NCBI GenBank assembly: GCA_949935795.1
Contig: CATLFX010000008.1
Location: 8,014 to 72,013 of the forward strand
Source of the DNA: an uncultured Oscillospiraceae bacterium
GTDB taxonomy: Bacteria > Bacillota > Clostridia > Oscillospirales > Oscillospiraceae
Direction of reading: 5' to 3'
Length of the DNA stretch: 64,000 nucleotides
Part shown: positions 19,381 to 28,879 of the stretch, in pieces
Position numbering within the stretch: the stretch's first letter is position 1
How the letters are laid out: each line of letters opens with the position of its first letter
Made by a program: the position numbers and the translations under genes
The notes under the pieces: generated by a model
Told to the model about the DNA's origin: nothing
What the model saw: the letters and a program-made list of their open reading frames with translations, nothing else
Databases searched by the model: none

Positions 19381-20436
19381 TTAGTACAGCGAGGTGTTGG
19401 ACGCCTTGCGGGCGATGGTGTTGGCGCCGATCACCAGCAGCATCCCGATGACGTTGTTCATCATCTCCGCCGCGGCCGCTATCCCGGGCTGGGGGTTGCT
19501 TCCCATGCCCACCCGGTTGGCCAGGGTGGACACCACATCGGCGGTGACATAGGTATTGCTGTTGTACAGCAGCAGCACCTTCTCGTACCCGATGTTCAGC
19601 AGGGAGCCGATCCGGGTGATGAGCATGATGACGATGGTGGACAGAATGCTGGGCAGCACCACGTAGCGCATCTGGGCCATCTTGTCCGCCCCGTCGATCT
19701 GAGCGGCCTCATAGCTGGTGGGAGAGATGGCGATGATGGCGGCGAAGAACACAATGCTGTCATAGCCCGCGCTCTCCCAGATACCGCTGATCTGGTAGAT
19801 GGAGCGGAAGAAGGACGGGTTGTTCAGCAGGCCCGCGTTTGCCACCTCATTGCTGATCAGCCCCAGGTTTGACAGCGCCTGGTTGATGATGCCCATGCCG
19901 GTGGTGAGGGAGCCCTGCTTCACCAGCATGGTCACCAGCGAGGTCATGACCACGGTGGACATGAACTTGGGCAGGTAGGTGAGCACCTGGTAGATGCTCC
20001 GGGCGGCGTTGGAACGGATTTCGTTGAAAAACAGCGCCAGGATGATGGGGATGGGGAAGCCGAAGCACAGGCCGTAGAAGCTGAGGATGAACGTGTTTCT
20101 CAGCGCCCTCCAGAACTGCATGGACAGGTCGTCCCCGCCGGCCAGCAGCCGCTTGAAATAGGAGAAGCCGGAAAACAGCTGCTGCGAAACGGGCACCACG
20201 TCATCCGACACCTTGAAGCAGCCCAGCAGCTCGTACATGGGGAAATAGCGCCAGAACAGGAACACCAGCAGCATGGGCACCAGCATCAGGTACAGCCGCC
20301 AGTCCTTCATGACGGTCAGGCCCACATGGCGCCAATAGTGCTTTTCCACATCGTCCCGGACGGCCTGCTCAGGGCTGATCCGATAGACCTGGGCTTCCCT
20401 GTCGAATTCCAGGAAATCCACTGCCCTATCTTTCAT
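19381..20436 (-). CDS. Carbohydrate ABC permease (LplB/YteP-like)
   Basis: LALFFNEI, YLPKFMSTVV, YEAAQIDGA.KMAQMRYVVLP, GYEKVLLLYN. Confidence 0.92.
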   Translation of the reverse strand: MKDRAVDFLEFDREAQVYRISPEQAVRDDVEKHYWRHVGLTVMKDWRLYLMLVPMLLVFLFWRYFPMYELLGCFKVSDDVVPVSQQLFSGFSYFKRLLAGGDDLSMQFWRALRNTFILSFYGLCFGFPIPIILALFFNEIRSNAARSIYQVLTYLPKFMSTVVMTSLVTMLVKQGSLTTGMGIINQALSNLGLISNEVANAGLLNNPSFFRSIYQISGIWESAGYDSIVFFAAIIAISPTSYEAAQIDGADKMAQMRYVVLPSILSTIVIMLITRIGSLLNIGYEKVLLLYNSNTYVTADVVSTLANRVGMGSNPQPGIAAAAEMMNNVIGMLLVIGANTIARKASNTSLY

Positions 20437-20451
20437 AGTTTACCTCCTTTT

Positions 20452-21015
20452 TTACTCCTCCCCCGCGTGGACACGGAGCAGGTAATGTTTTTGATCCTCA
20501 TAGACACCGTCCAGCTTTCGCGCTATCCAGATGATCACAAAGGTAAATAAGAGGGAGAGGCTGTCCGTGGTGAAGAAGCCTACCACAGCCGCCGGGCCCG
20601 CGCCCAGCAGCAGGGCAATCAGCGCCCTCCCCGCCTGCATCAGCACCTGTACCAGCAGGGGAAACACCAGGGACAGGTGGCCGGTGCGCACCCGTTCCTT
20701 TCCCACGCGCTCCAGCAGGAGCACGGCCAGGGCTGAGAGCAGGTTGCCCAGGCAGTAGACGGCATACTGCGCTCCGGTGGCCCCGGAGAAGAAACAGAAC
20801 ACCAGCCCCGCCTCTGCGGCGTGGATGGCGCCCCACCAGCCCCAGCGCATGTAGACGATGGAGGCCACGGGCGCCGCCAGGGATACGGTGAAGGGCTGTC
20901 CGGGGAACCACCAGTTGGCGGCCCGGACGATGATGAACTCAAAGATGGCCAGCGCCGCAGCCAGCAGCGCCAGGTCGATGGCCCGGTACTGCCGCCATGT
21001 GAGCTGTCGTCTCAT
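20452..21015 (-). CDS. Uncharacterised membrane protein, size and hydropathy like an ECF S-component
   Basis: 187 aa, about 6 hydrophobic segments; first gene of the transporter operon. Confidence 0.65.
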   Translation of the reverse strand: MRRQLTWRQYRAIDLALLAAALAIFEFIIVRAANWWFPGQPFTVSLAAPVASIVYMRWGWWGAIHAAEAGLVFCFFSGATGAQYAVYCLGNLLSALAVLLLERVGKERVRTGHLSLVFPLLVQVLMQAGRALIALLLGAGPAAVVGFFTTDSLSLLFTFVIIWIARKLDGVYEDQKHYLLRVHAGEE

Positions 21016-21329
21016 CCCGTCCCCGCCTTTCAGAGCCTTATCTATACAAATCGGACTCCATCCTGTAAAAAGCGGACTTTGGGGCCGCCGCAGGCATTCT
21101 GTCCCAGATAGGTTTTTCTCATTTGTACAAATCTTACCATTGCTTTTTGTATATTTAACACAAAAACAGGGTGCGATTATTTATAATATTATATATCCCT
21201 ACAGTCTCTCTGTATATGGATAAAATGACTCATTTTATAGCAAAAACGGATTTCGTGGCGCGGGGCTGTAGGCACGGCCCCCGTCAGGGCTTATAATGGG
21301 ACCATCCAAACGTCAAAGGAGGAGTTTTC

Positions 21330-22190
21330 ATGATCTGTGTAAATACCGCAGACGATTTTCAGGCGGCGCTGGACAGCGCCAGCCCCGGCGATATCATCCA
21401 GCTGGCCCCAGGGGAGTACCGGGTCAAAGCCGTCGTTTCCACCCCGGGCCTGACTCTGGCAGGGGCGGGGGCGGACCGCACCCGCATCATCTGGGACGAC
21501 TACGCCAAAAAGCTGGACGATCACGGGGTGGAATACAACACCTTCCGAACCTGGACCCTGGCGGTGTGCGCCGACGGGGTGTCCATGCGGGACCTGTCGG
21601 TGGTAAACAGCGCCCTGCGCCCGGAGGAAAAGGGCCAGGAGGTGGCCCTCACCGTCTACGGCGACAGCTTCGCCATGGAACGCTGCCGTCTGACCTCCAC
21701 CCAGGACACCCTGTTCCTGGGCCCCCTGCCCGCCGACCTGATCCAGCGGTACGACGGGTTCCTGCCCGACCATCTGCGCCGGGACAAGCCCTGCGCCCAA
21801 CGGTTCACCGCTTGTCTCATCGAGGGCACGGTGGATTTCATCTTCGGCTGCGGGGCGGCGGAGTTTGAGAACTGTGAGATCCGCTCCCTGCGGGACGCCC
21901 GCGATGTGGGCTACGCCGCCGCCCCCGCCCACGCCCTGGAACAGACAGAGGGCTTCACCTTCCGGCGCTGCCGCTTCACGGCGGAGGAGGGGGTGACCCC
22001 CGGCTCCATCTACCTGGCCCGGCCCTGGCGGGACTACGGACTGTGCGTCTTTGAGAACTGCGCCTACGGCCCCCACATCTCCCCCCTGGGCTTTGACAAA
22101 TGGAACGACACCCGCCGGGATCAAACCGCCCGGTTCTATGAGGACCCCCCGGCAGAGGGGCGGGTGGCCTGGGTGAAAACGCTTAGATAG
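21330..22190 (+). CDS. Pectin methylesterase (CE8)
   Basis: GQEVAL, QDTLF, IEGTVDFIFG, YLARPW; no signal peptide; RBS AAGGAGGAG. Confidence 0.92.
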   Translation: MICVNTADDFQAALDSASPGDIIQLAPGEYRVKAVVSTPGLTLAGAGADRTRIIWDDYAKKLDDHGVEYNTFRTWTLAVCADGVSMRDLSVVNSALRPEEKGQEVALTVYGDSFAMERCRLTSTQDTLFLGPLPADLIQRYDGFLPDHLRRDKPCAQRFTACLIEGTVDFIFGCGAAEFENCEIRSLRDARDVGYAAAPAHALEQTEGFTFRRCRFTAEEGVTPGSIYLARPWRDYGLCVFENCAYGPHISPLGFDKWNDTRRDQTARFYEDPPAEGRVAWVKTLR

Positions 22191-22323
22191 TCCGCCGCGG
22201 TCCGCTTCTCCGTGCTTCTTATTGTCACGCTGCGAACCGGCCAGGTTCTCGCCTTCGGCTCGGTCGGCGATAGGCGTTTGCCACCGGCAAACATCGCCGT
22301 TCGGTCGCTTTCCCGCACTTCTT

Positions 22324-23325
22324 TCAAAAATCCGTGGTCCCCCGGCGGACCAGGTAGCCCTTGGCGTACACCTTTCCCTCCACCGGCCGTCCCTCAAAGC
22401 ACAGCTTCATGGAGTCAATGATGATCTGGCACAGCCTGGGCTCCCGGCTGTCGATGGTGGACAGCTCCGGGTCGCAGCACACGGACAGCTCCGAGTTGTT
22501 ATAGCCGATGACGCACAGGTCGCCGGGGACGGACAGCCCCCTGCGTTTGGCGTACTTCAGAGCCCCGGCGGCCAGGGCGTCGTTGGCGGCGAAGATGCCG
22601 TCCACATCCAAGTTGGGGAGCTTGAGCAGGTAGTCCCGGGTCTGGTTGATCTGTCCGGTCAGCCCTATGGCCATGTTCCCCTGGAGCCGCAGCCCCGCCT
22701 GGGCCAGCGCCGCCTCGCACCCCTTGCGCTTCAGATTGGTGCTGACGGTGTCCACGTCGGAGAGGAAGAGAATCTTCCGACGCCCGGCGCGGATCATCTC
22801 CGCCGTGGCGGAGCAGGAGGCGTCAAAGTCGTCGCACAAAGCGCAGCAGATGTTCTCCCCCCGGACCCAGCCGTTGACCATGAATATGGGAACCTGCCTG
22901 GCCGCCTCCCGGATGTAGTTGGTCCGCTGGTCGTCCGGGTCGTCGGCGGCGTACACCGAGCCGATGAGGATCAGCGCGTCCACCCGGCGCCGCTGCAGGG
23001 TGCTCACCGCGATCTGGCAGTCCTCGTAGGCGTAGCCGCTGCAGCACAGCACGCAGTTGTATCCCAGGTCCCGGAAGGCGCGCTCCAGGCAGGCCACCGC
23101 CTTGGCCATGTAGTCGTCCGCCACGTTGGGGCAGATCAGGCCGATGGTCCGCAGGGAGTTCAGCCCCAGCCCCCGGGAGAATCCGCTGGGCATGTAGGAG
23201 TGTTCCTCCATGATCTCCCGGACCCGCTGCTTGGTCCGCTCCGCCACGTTGGGGCTGTCGTTGATCACCCTGGACACCGTGGCGATTGAGACGCCCGCCA
23301 GCTCGGCAATATCGTAAATGTTCAC
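22324..23325 (-). CDS. LacI family transcriptional regulator
   Basis: NIYDIAELAGVSIATVSRVIN HTH; ANDALAAG, DLCVIGYNN; GTG start after GAGGGGGAG. Confidence 0.92.
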   Translation of the reverse strand: MNIYDIAELAGVSIATVSRVINDSPNVAERTKQRVREIMEEHSYMPSGFSRGLGLNSLRTIGLICPNVADDYMAKAVACLERAFRDLGYNCVLCCSGYAYEDCQIAVSTLQRRRVDALILIGSVYAADDPDDQRTNYIREAARQVPIFMVNGWVRGENICCALCDDFDASCSATAEMIRAGRRKILFLSDVDTVSTNLKRKGCEAALAQAGLRLQGNMAIGLTGQINQTRDYLLKLPNLDVDGIFAANDALAAGALKYAKRRGLSVPGDLCVIGYNNSELSVCCDPELSTIDSREPRLCQIIIDSMKLCFEGRPVEGKVYAKGYLVRRGTTDF

Positions 23326-23482
23326 AAGCGTCTCCCCCTCCCTCTTTTGAAAATGCTTACATGATTTTATGATACCCTGCCGCGCCCTCCATTTCAATTG
23401 CCAGTTCTCACAAGCTATCCCCACCAGTTTTGTGCACATCACCAAAATTTCGGGAAAACACCCCATTCTTATTCAAGGTATA

Positions 23483-23574
23483 TTGACATTTTTGACAGAG
23501 AGGGGTATGATTTCATGTAAGAACTTACATTCTAGTATGCTTCTCTCCGGCACTCGAAATGTAAGAGGTTTCAT
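23483..23574 (+). promoter_or_regulatory. uxaA promoter with two LacI-type operators
   Basis: TTGACA(23483)-17-TATGAT(23506); palindrome ATGTAAGAACTTACAT (23515-23530) and ATGTAAGAGGTTTCAT (23559-23574). Confidence 0.75.
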
Positions 23575-23628
23575 TCCAACTCCAAGGCGCATCAAAAAAA
23601 TAGGAAAATGGGAAGGTGAACCGCGTTC

Positions 23629-25110
23629 ATGAAGACCTTTATCAAGATCCATCCCAGCGACCTGGTGGCGGTGGCCCTGACGCCGCTGTCCGCCGGGACC
23701 ACCCTCCAGGTGGACGGGCAGTCCGTCACCCTGCTGGAGGACATCCCCCAGGGGCACAAGTTTGCCCTGGCCCCCATTCCGGCGGGCAGCGCCGTCGTCA
23801 AGTACGGAGCTCCCATCGGCGTGGCCAAGGAGAGCATCCCCGCCGGGGGATGGGTCCACACCCACAACGTCAAGACCGGCCTGGGCGGCGTGCTGGACTA
23901 CAGCTACGAGCCGGACAACGCCCCCCTCCCCCCCACCGACGACCTGCTGTTCCAGGGCTACCGCCGGGAGGACGGCCGGGCGGCGGTGCGCAACGAGATC
24001 TGGATCATCCCCACCGTGGGCTGTGTCAACGACGTGGCCCGGGCCATTGAGCGGCAGGCCCAGCAGTTCAAAACGGGGACCATCGACGGTATCTACGCTT
24101 TCCCCCATCCCTACGGCTGCTCTCAGATGGGGGACGACCAGGAGAACACCCGGAAGATTCTGGCCGGGCTCATCAACCATCCCAACGCCGGGGGCGTGCT
24201 GGTGCTGGGCCTGGGGTGCGAGAACAGCAACATCGACGTGCTCAAGCCCTACATCGGCCCGTGGAACGAGGACCGGGTGAAGTTCCTGGTGTGCCAGGAG
24301 TCGGAGGACGAGATCGCCGACGGCGTGGCCCTGGTGGAGGGGCTGGCCCGGTACGCAGGCCGGTTCCGCCGGGAGCCCATCAGCTGCGCCGAGCTGGTGG
24401 TGGGCATGAAGTGCGGCGGGTCCGACGGCCTGTCCGGCATCACCGCCAACCCCACCGTGGGGGCTTTCTCCGACCTGCTCATCTCCAAGGGGGGGACCAC
24501 CATCCTCACCGAGGTGCCCGAGATGTTCGGCGCGGAGACCCTGCTGATGAACCGCTGTGAGAACGAGCGCGTGTTTGCCGACACCGTGAACCTGATCAAC
24601 GGCTTCAAGAACTATTTCACCAGCCACAACCAGACCATCTACGAAAATCCCTCTCCCGGCAACAAGAAGGGCGGCATCACCACCCTGGAGGACAAGTCCC
24701 TGGGCTGCACCCAGAAGTCGGGCAGCGCCCCGGTCTCCGGCGTGCTGGCCTACGGCGAGCCGGTGTGCCGGCAGGGTTTGAACCTGCTCAGCGCCCCCGG
24801 CAACGATTTGGTGGCCTCCACCGCCCTGGCGGCCTCCGGGGCCCACATCGTGCTGTTCACCACCGGCCGGGGGACCCCTTTTGCCTCCCCGGTGCCCACG
24901 GTGAAGATCTCCAGCAACTCCGCCCTGGCGGGGAAAAAGCGGAATTGGATCGACTTCAACTGCGGCGTGCTGGTAGAGGACGGCACGGTGGCCGACCTGG
25001 GCCGCAAGCTGTTCGACTATGTGGTGGAGGTGGCCTCCGGCCGTCAGGTCAAGGCGGAGGAAGCCGGATTCCACGATATGGCGATCTTCAAGCAGGGCGT
25101 TACACTTTAA
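23629..25110 (+). CDS. uxaA: Altronate dehydratase
   Basis: N-terminal SAF domain (IPQGHKFAL...HTHN), IIPTVGCVN, HPYGCSQ, KCGGSDGLSGITANP, NPSPGNKKGG, FTTGRGTP. Confidence 0.95.
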   Translation: MKTFIKIHPSDLVAVALTPLSAGTTLQVDGQSVTLLEDIPQGHKFALAPIPAGSAVVKYGAPIGVAKESIPAGGWVHTHNVKTGLGGVLDYSYEPDNAPLPPTDDLLFQGYRREDGRAAVRNEIWIIPTVGCVNDVARAIERQAQQFKTGTIDGIYAFPHPYGCSQMGDDQENTRKILAGLINHPNAGGVLVLGLGCENSNIDVLKPYIGPWNEDRVKFLVCQESEDEIADGVALVEGLARYAGRFRREPISCAELVVGMKCGGSDGLSGITANPTVGAFSDLLISKGGTTILTEVPEMFGAETLLMNRCENERVFADTVNLINGFKNYFTSHNQTIYENPSPGNKKGGITTLEDKSLGCTQKSGSAPVSGVLAYGEPVCRQGLNLLSAPGNDLVASTALAASGAHIVLFTTGRGTPFASPVPTVKISSNSALAGKKRNWIDFNCGVLVEDGTVADLGRKLFDYVVEVASGRQVKAEEAGFHDMAIFKQGVTL

Positions 25111-25136
25111 AAAATTAAGGAAGGCGGGAACTCATC

Positions 25137-26630
25137 ATGAAACAGCTCAATTATCAAACCCTGAAAGAGTCCGGCTATCAGGGTTACATCCTGGAAAACG
25201 CGCCGGAAAAGGTGCTCCAGTTTGGGGAGGGCAACTTCCTGCGGGCCTTTGTCAACTACTGGTTCGACGTGTCCAACGAGAAAGCCGGATGGAACGGCAA
25301 GTGCGTGCTGGTCCAGCCCATCGCCCCGGGCCTGGCCAAGCTCATCAACGACCAGCAGGGGTTGTACACCCTCTATCTGCGGGGGCGGGAGAACGGGGAG
25401 AAGGTGGACGCCAAGCGGGTGATCTCCTCCGTGTCCCGGTGCCTGAACCCCTACGAGAAAGCGGATTTTGACGCCATGATGGCCGTGGCCGTCTCCGACG
25501 ACCTGGAGTACGTGGTGTCCAACACCACCGAGGCGGGCATCGTCTACGACCCCGCCTGCCAGCTGGCCGACGTCCCCGCCTCCTCCTTCCCCGGCAAGCT
25601 CACCCAGGTGCTGTACAAGCGCTGGCAGGCGGGCAAGGGCGGGCTGGTGATCCTGTCCTGCGAGCTCATCGACAACAACGGCAAGGAGCTGCAAAAGTGC
25701 GTCAACCAGTACGTGGACCAGTGGGGGCTGGAGGACGGCTTCAAACAGTACGTCAACGGGGACTGCACCTTCTGCTCCACCCTGGTGGACCGCATCGTCC
25801 CCGGCCGGGTGAAGGACCCTGCCGAGGCGGCCAGGATGGAGGAGGCCAACGGCTACCACGACGAGCTCATCGACGTGGGCGAGGTGTTCGGCGTGTGGAA
25901 CATCGAGGGTCCGGACTGGCTGGAGGAGAAGCTGCCCTTCAAGAAGGCGGGGCTCAACTGCCCGGTGGTGCCCGACGTGACCCCGTACAAGAAGCGGAAG
26001 GTGCGCATTTTGAACGGCGCTCACACCGGCTTTGTGCTGGGGGCCTATCTGGCGGGCTTTGACATCGTCCGGGACTGCATGCAGGACGGCACGGTCCTGG
26101 GCTTTATGAACAAAATGCTGTACGAGGAGGTCATCCCCACCCTGCCCCTGGACAAAAAGGACCTGGAGGGCTTCGCCGCCGCCGTCCAGGACCGCTTCAA
26201 CAACCCCTTTGTGGACCATGAGCTCATGTCCATCTCCCTGAACTCCACCTCCAAGTGGCGGGCCCGGAACATGCCCAGCTTTTTGGAGTATATCGATAAG
26301 ACCGGCAAGCTCCCCCCCTGCCTCGCCACCAGCTTTGCCGCCTATATCGCCTTCTTCTCCAGCGACGTCCAGGCGCTGAACGACAAGGGCCTGGTGTGCC
26401 GCCGTCCCAAGGGCAACGAGTACGTCTGCTCCGACGACCGCTGGGCGCTGGAGTTCTACTGGGAGCACCGGAACGACTCCGTGGAGGAGCTGGTCCACGC
26501 CGTGATGACCAACGAGCGGATGTGGGGCCAGGACCTGACGCGGGTGGCCGGCTTTGAGGCGGCGGCGGTATCCGCCCTGAAGCTCATCCGGGAACAGGGC
26601 GCCAAGGCCGCCTTTGCCGCCTGCCTGTAA
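25137..26630 (+). CDS. uxaB: Tagaturonate reductase (altronate oxidoreductase)
   Basis: LQFGEGNFLRAF, SNTTEAGI, SFPGKLT, STLVDRIVPG, KVRILNGAHT, DRFNNPF, ISLNSTSK. Confidence 0.95.
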   Translation: MKQLNYQTLKESGYQGYILENAPEKVLQFGEGNFLRAFVNYWFDVSNEKAGWNGKCVLVQPIAPGLAKLINDQQGLYTLYLRGRENGEKVDAKRVISSVSRCLNPYEKADFDAMMAVAVSDDLEYVVSNTTEAGIVYDPACQLADVPASSFPGKLTQVLYKRWQAGKGGLVILSCELIDNNGKELQKCVNQYVDQWGLEDGFKQYVNGDCTFCSTLVDRIVPGRVKDPAEAARMEEANGYHDELIDVGEVFGVWNIEGPDWLEEKLPFKKAGLNCPVVPDVTPYKKRKVRILNGAHTGFVLGAYLAGFDIVRDCMQDGTVLGFMNKMLYEEVIPTLPLDKKDLEGFAAAVQDRFNNPFVDHELMSISLNSTSKWRARNMPSFLEYIDKTGKLPPCLATSFAAYIAFFSSDVQALNDKGLVCRRPKGNEYVCSDDRWALEFYWEHRNDSVEELVHAVMTNERMWGQDLTRVAGFEAAAVSALKLIREQGAKAAFAACL

Positions 26631-26634
26631 GCCT

Positions 26635-28035
26635 ATGGACCAGGTCTCCAAACGAGACGAGGAATTCCGCCAATACGCCCTGACCGCCCCGCCCATGCGC
26701 ACCCTGCTGACGGTGTGCGCCCCCCTGGCGCTCTACCAGGCCCTGCAGTCCATTTTCAAGATCCTGGACGCGCTGATGGCCGCCCATATCAGCTCCAGCG
26801 CGGTGTCCGCGGTGTCCTGCCTGAGCCAGATCACCCTCATGATCACCGCCCTGGGCGCCGGCCTGGCCGTAGGCGGCAGCATCAAGATCTCGGAGGCCTA
26901 CGGCCGGGGGGAGTACGATCTGGTGAGGCGGCGCACGGCCACCCTCTACGCCATGGCCATCGCGGCCAGCCTGCTGGCGGCGGGGGCTCTGATCCCCTTC
27001 GCCCAGCCCTTTCTGCGCCTGCTGAACACGCCGGAGGAGCTGATTGCCGCGGGGGCGGGATATTTCCGTGTGGAGATTTTGTGCCTGGTGGTGAATTTTT
27101 TCAACACCGTATACATCGCCATTGAGCGCAGCCGGGGCCACGCCAAAAAGATTCTGGTCATCAACGCCGCCGTCATCGCCGTCAAGCTGGGGCTGTCCGC
27201 CCTGTTCGTCTACCGCCTGGACGGGGATGTGGTGACCATCGCGGCGGCCACCCTCATCAGCCAGCTGATCCTTCTGGCCTACGCCCTGTTCAGCATGGTC
27301 CGGGACGAGGGGGCATTCCGCTTCAGCGCCAGGAATATCCGCCTCAAAAAGGACACCGTGCTGCCGGTTTTAAACCTCTCCTACCCGGTGACGGCGGAAA
27401 AGATGCTCTTTTCCGCCGGAAAGGTGATCGTCAACTCCATGTCCGGCAGGTACGGGGAGCTGACCGTGGGCGCTCTGGGCATCTCCAACAACATCGGCGG
27501 GCTGACCACCGGCTGGCACGCGGGTATGCTGGATGGGGCCTCCGCCCTTATCAGCCAGAACCGGGGGGCGGGGCGCTACCGCCGCACTCTCCAGCTCTAC
27601 AGCTGCCTGCTGCTGGTGGACGTGGCCATTGGCGGGGCGGGGCTGCTTTTGATGAACTGGGGCCTGCCCTGGTTGGCCCAGGTCTTCGCCCAGTCCAAGG
27701 AGCAGTTCGACCCCCTCTTCTGTGAGATGATTATCTCCATCCACCGCTGGGAGATGCTGGGCTACCTCACCCTGGGGGTCAACTCGGCCACCCTGGCGCT
27801 GCTGCTGGGCTATGGCCGCGCCAAGCTGACCCTCGCCCTCAACGTGGCCCGGGTATTTGTGTTCCGGGTGCCCGTGCTGTGGGCGTTCCAGCATTTCACC
27901 GCCCTGGGCGCGGAGGCGGTGGGCCTCGCCATGATGATCAGCAACGTCTGCGCCGGGCTGTCCGCCCTGGCGGTGGCCGTCCCGGTGGTGCGCCATATCC
28001 GCCGCCTGGAGGATCAGGATACAGCTTTTACATGA
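26635..28035 (+). CDS. MATE family transporter
   Basis: About 12 TM in two repeats; ISEAYGRG and ISQNRGAG MATE motifs; starts 4 bp after the uxaB stop. Confidence 0.85.
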   Translation: MDQVSKRDEEFRQYALTAPPMRTLLTVCAPLALYQALQSIFKILDALMAAHISSSAVSAVSCLSQITLMITALGAGLAVGGSIKISEAYGRGEYDLVRRRTATLYAMAIAASLLAAGALIPFAQPFLRLLNTPEELIAAGAGYFRVEILCLVVNFFNTVYIAIERSRGHAKKILVINAAVIAVKLGLSALFVYRLDGDVVTIAAATLISQLILLAYALFSMVRDEGAFRFSARNIRLKKDTVLPVLNLSYPVTAEKMLFSAGKVIVNSMSGRYGELTVGALGISNNIGGLTTGWHAGMLDGASALISQNRGAGRYRRTLQLYSCLLLVDVAIGGAGLLLMNWGLPWLAQVFAQSKEQFDPLFCEMIISIHRWEMLGYLTLGVNSATLALLLGYGRAKLTLALNVARVFVFRVPVLWAFQHFTALGAEAVGLAMMISNVCAGLSALAVAVPVVRHIRRLEDQDTAFT

Positions 28036-28166
28036 ACAGGACGGGGCCTCCGGGCCCCGTCCCTCTTTTCACCAAAAAAATTTTTTGGCCTGATATTATT
28101 TCTTGCCAACGCCCCGGTCCTGTGATATAATGTCCGTGATTTTCAAGCAAAATGAGGTGATTTCCA

Positions 28167-28811
28167 TTGGACGCTTCCATGCTCCAATTCCTGTTCCGGC
28201 TGGCCAAGGCCCTGTCCGCCCAGTTTGGGCCCAGCTGCGAGGTGGTCATCCACGACCTCCAGAGCAACGACCCGGACAGCTCCATTGTGGCCATTGAGAA
28301 CGGCCACGTCTCTGGCCGCAAGGTGGGGGACGGCCCCTCCCACGTGGTGCTGGAGGCCCTCCACGGCGGCGTGGCGGAGGACCGGCTCAGCTATCTCACC
28401 AAGACCGCCGACGGCAAGACGCTGAAATCCACCACCGTCTACATCCGGGACGACGGCCAGGAGCCCATCGGCATCTTTTCCATCAACTACGACATCACCC
28501 TGATGCTGGCCATGGAGGAGAGCCTGCGGCAGTTCACCGCCACCGTCCCCGAGCAGCCGGAGGACGTGCCGGCGCCCATCACCCAGAACGTGTCCGACCT
28601 GCTGGACGAGCTCATTGAGCAGAGCGTGAAGCGGGTGGGCAAGCCGGTGGCCCTCATGACCAAGGAGGAAAAGGTGAAGGCCATCGGGTTTCTCAACGAC
28701 ACGGGGGCCTTTCTCATCACCAAGTCCGGGGGACGGGTGTGCAAGTACTTCGGCATCTCCAAATACACCCTGTACAGCTACATGGAGGAGGCCAAGGGCG
28801 GAAAGGAATAG
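28167..28811 (+). CDS. YheO-like PAS + HTH transcriptional regulator
   Basis: CEVVIHDL, SIVAIENGHVSGRKVGD, LKSTT, GAFLITKS, ISKYTLYSY; promoter TTGCCA-17-TATAAT at 28103-28131. Confidence 0.9.
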   Translation: MDASMLQFLFRLAKALSAQFGPSCEVVIHDLQSNDPDSSIVAIENGHVSGRKVGDGPSHVVLEALHGGVAEDRLSYLTKTADGKTLKSTTVYIRDDGQEPIGIFSINYDITLMLAMEESLRQFTATVPEQPEDVPAPITQNVSDLLDELIEQSVKRVGKPVALMTKEEKVKAIGFLNDTGAFLITKSGGRVCKYFGISKYTLYSYMEEAKGGKE

Positions 28812-28825
28812 CCCAGACAAAACAG

Positions 28826-28866
28826 AAGCGCCGGACCATCCACAGAGAGATGGTCCGGCGCTTTTT
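28826..28866. terminator. Bidirectional terminator
   Basis: AAGCGCCGGACCATC...GATGGTCCGGCGCTTTTT between convergent genes. Confidence 0.75.
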
Positions 28867-28879
28867 GCGTGCGGCGGAA

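Noticed and set aside
16195-19872. 1225-aa plus-strand ORF, and similar long ORFs at 40117-42966, 46051-49887, 49949-53098 and 61697-63817
   Set aside because: These are antisense shadows of real high-GC3 genes: rich in G/V/H/L/A, with no motifs and no RBS.
21120-21160. TTTGTA repeats in the divergent pectin promoter region
   Set aside because: Too short and AT-rich to distinguish from background; the ATGTAAG operator is not present here.
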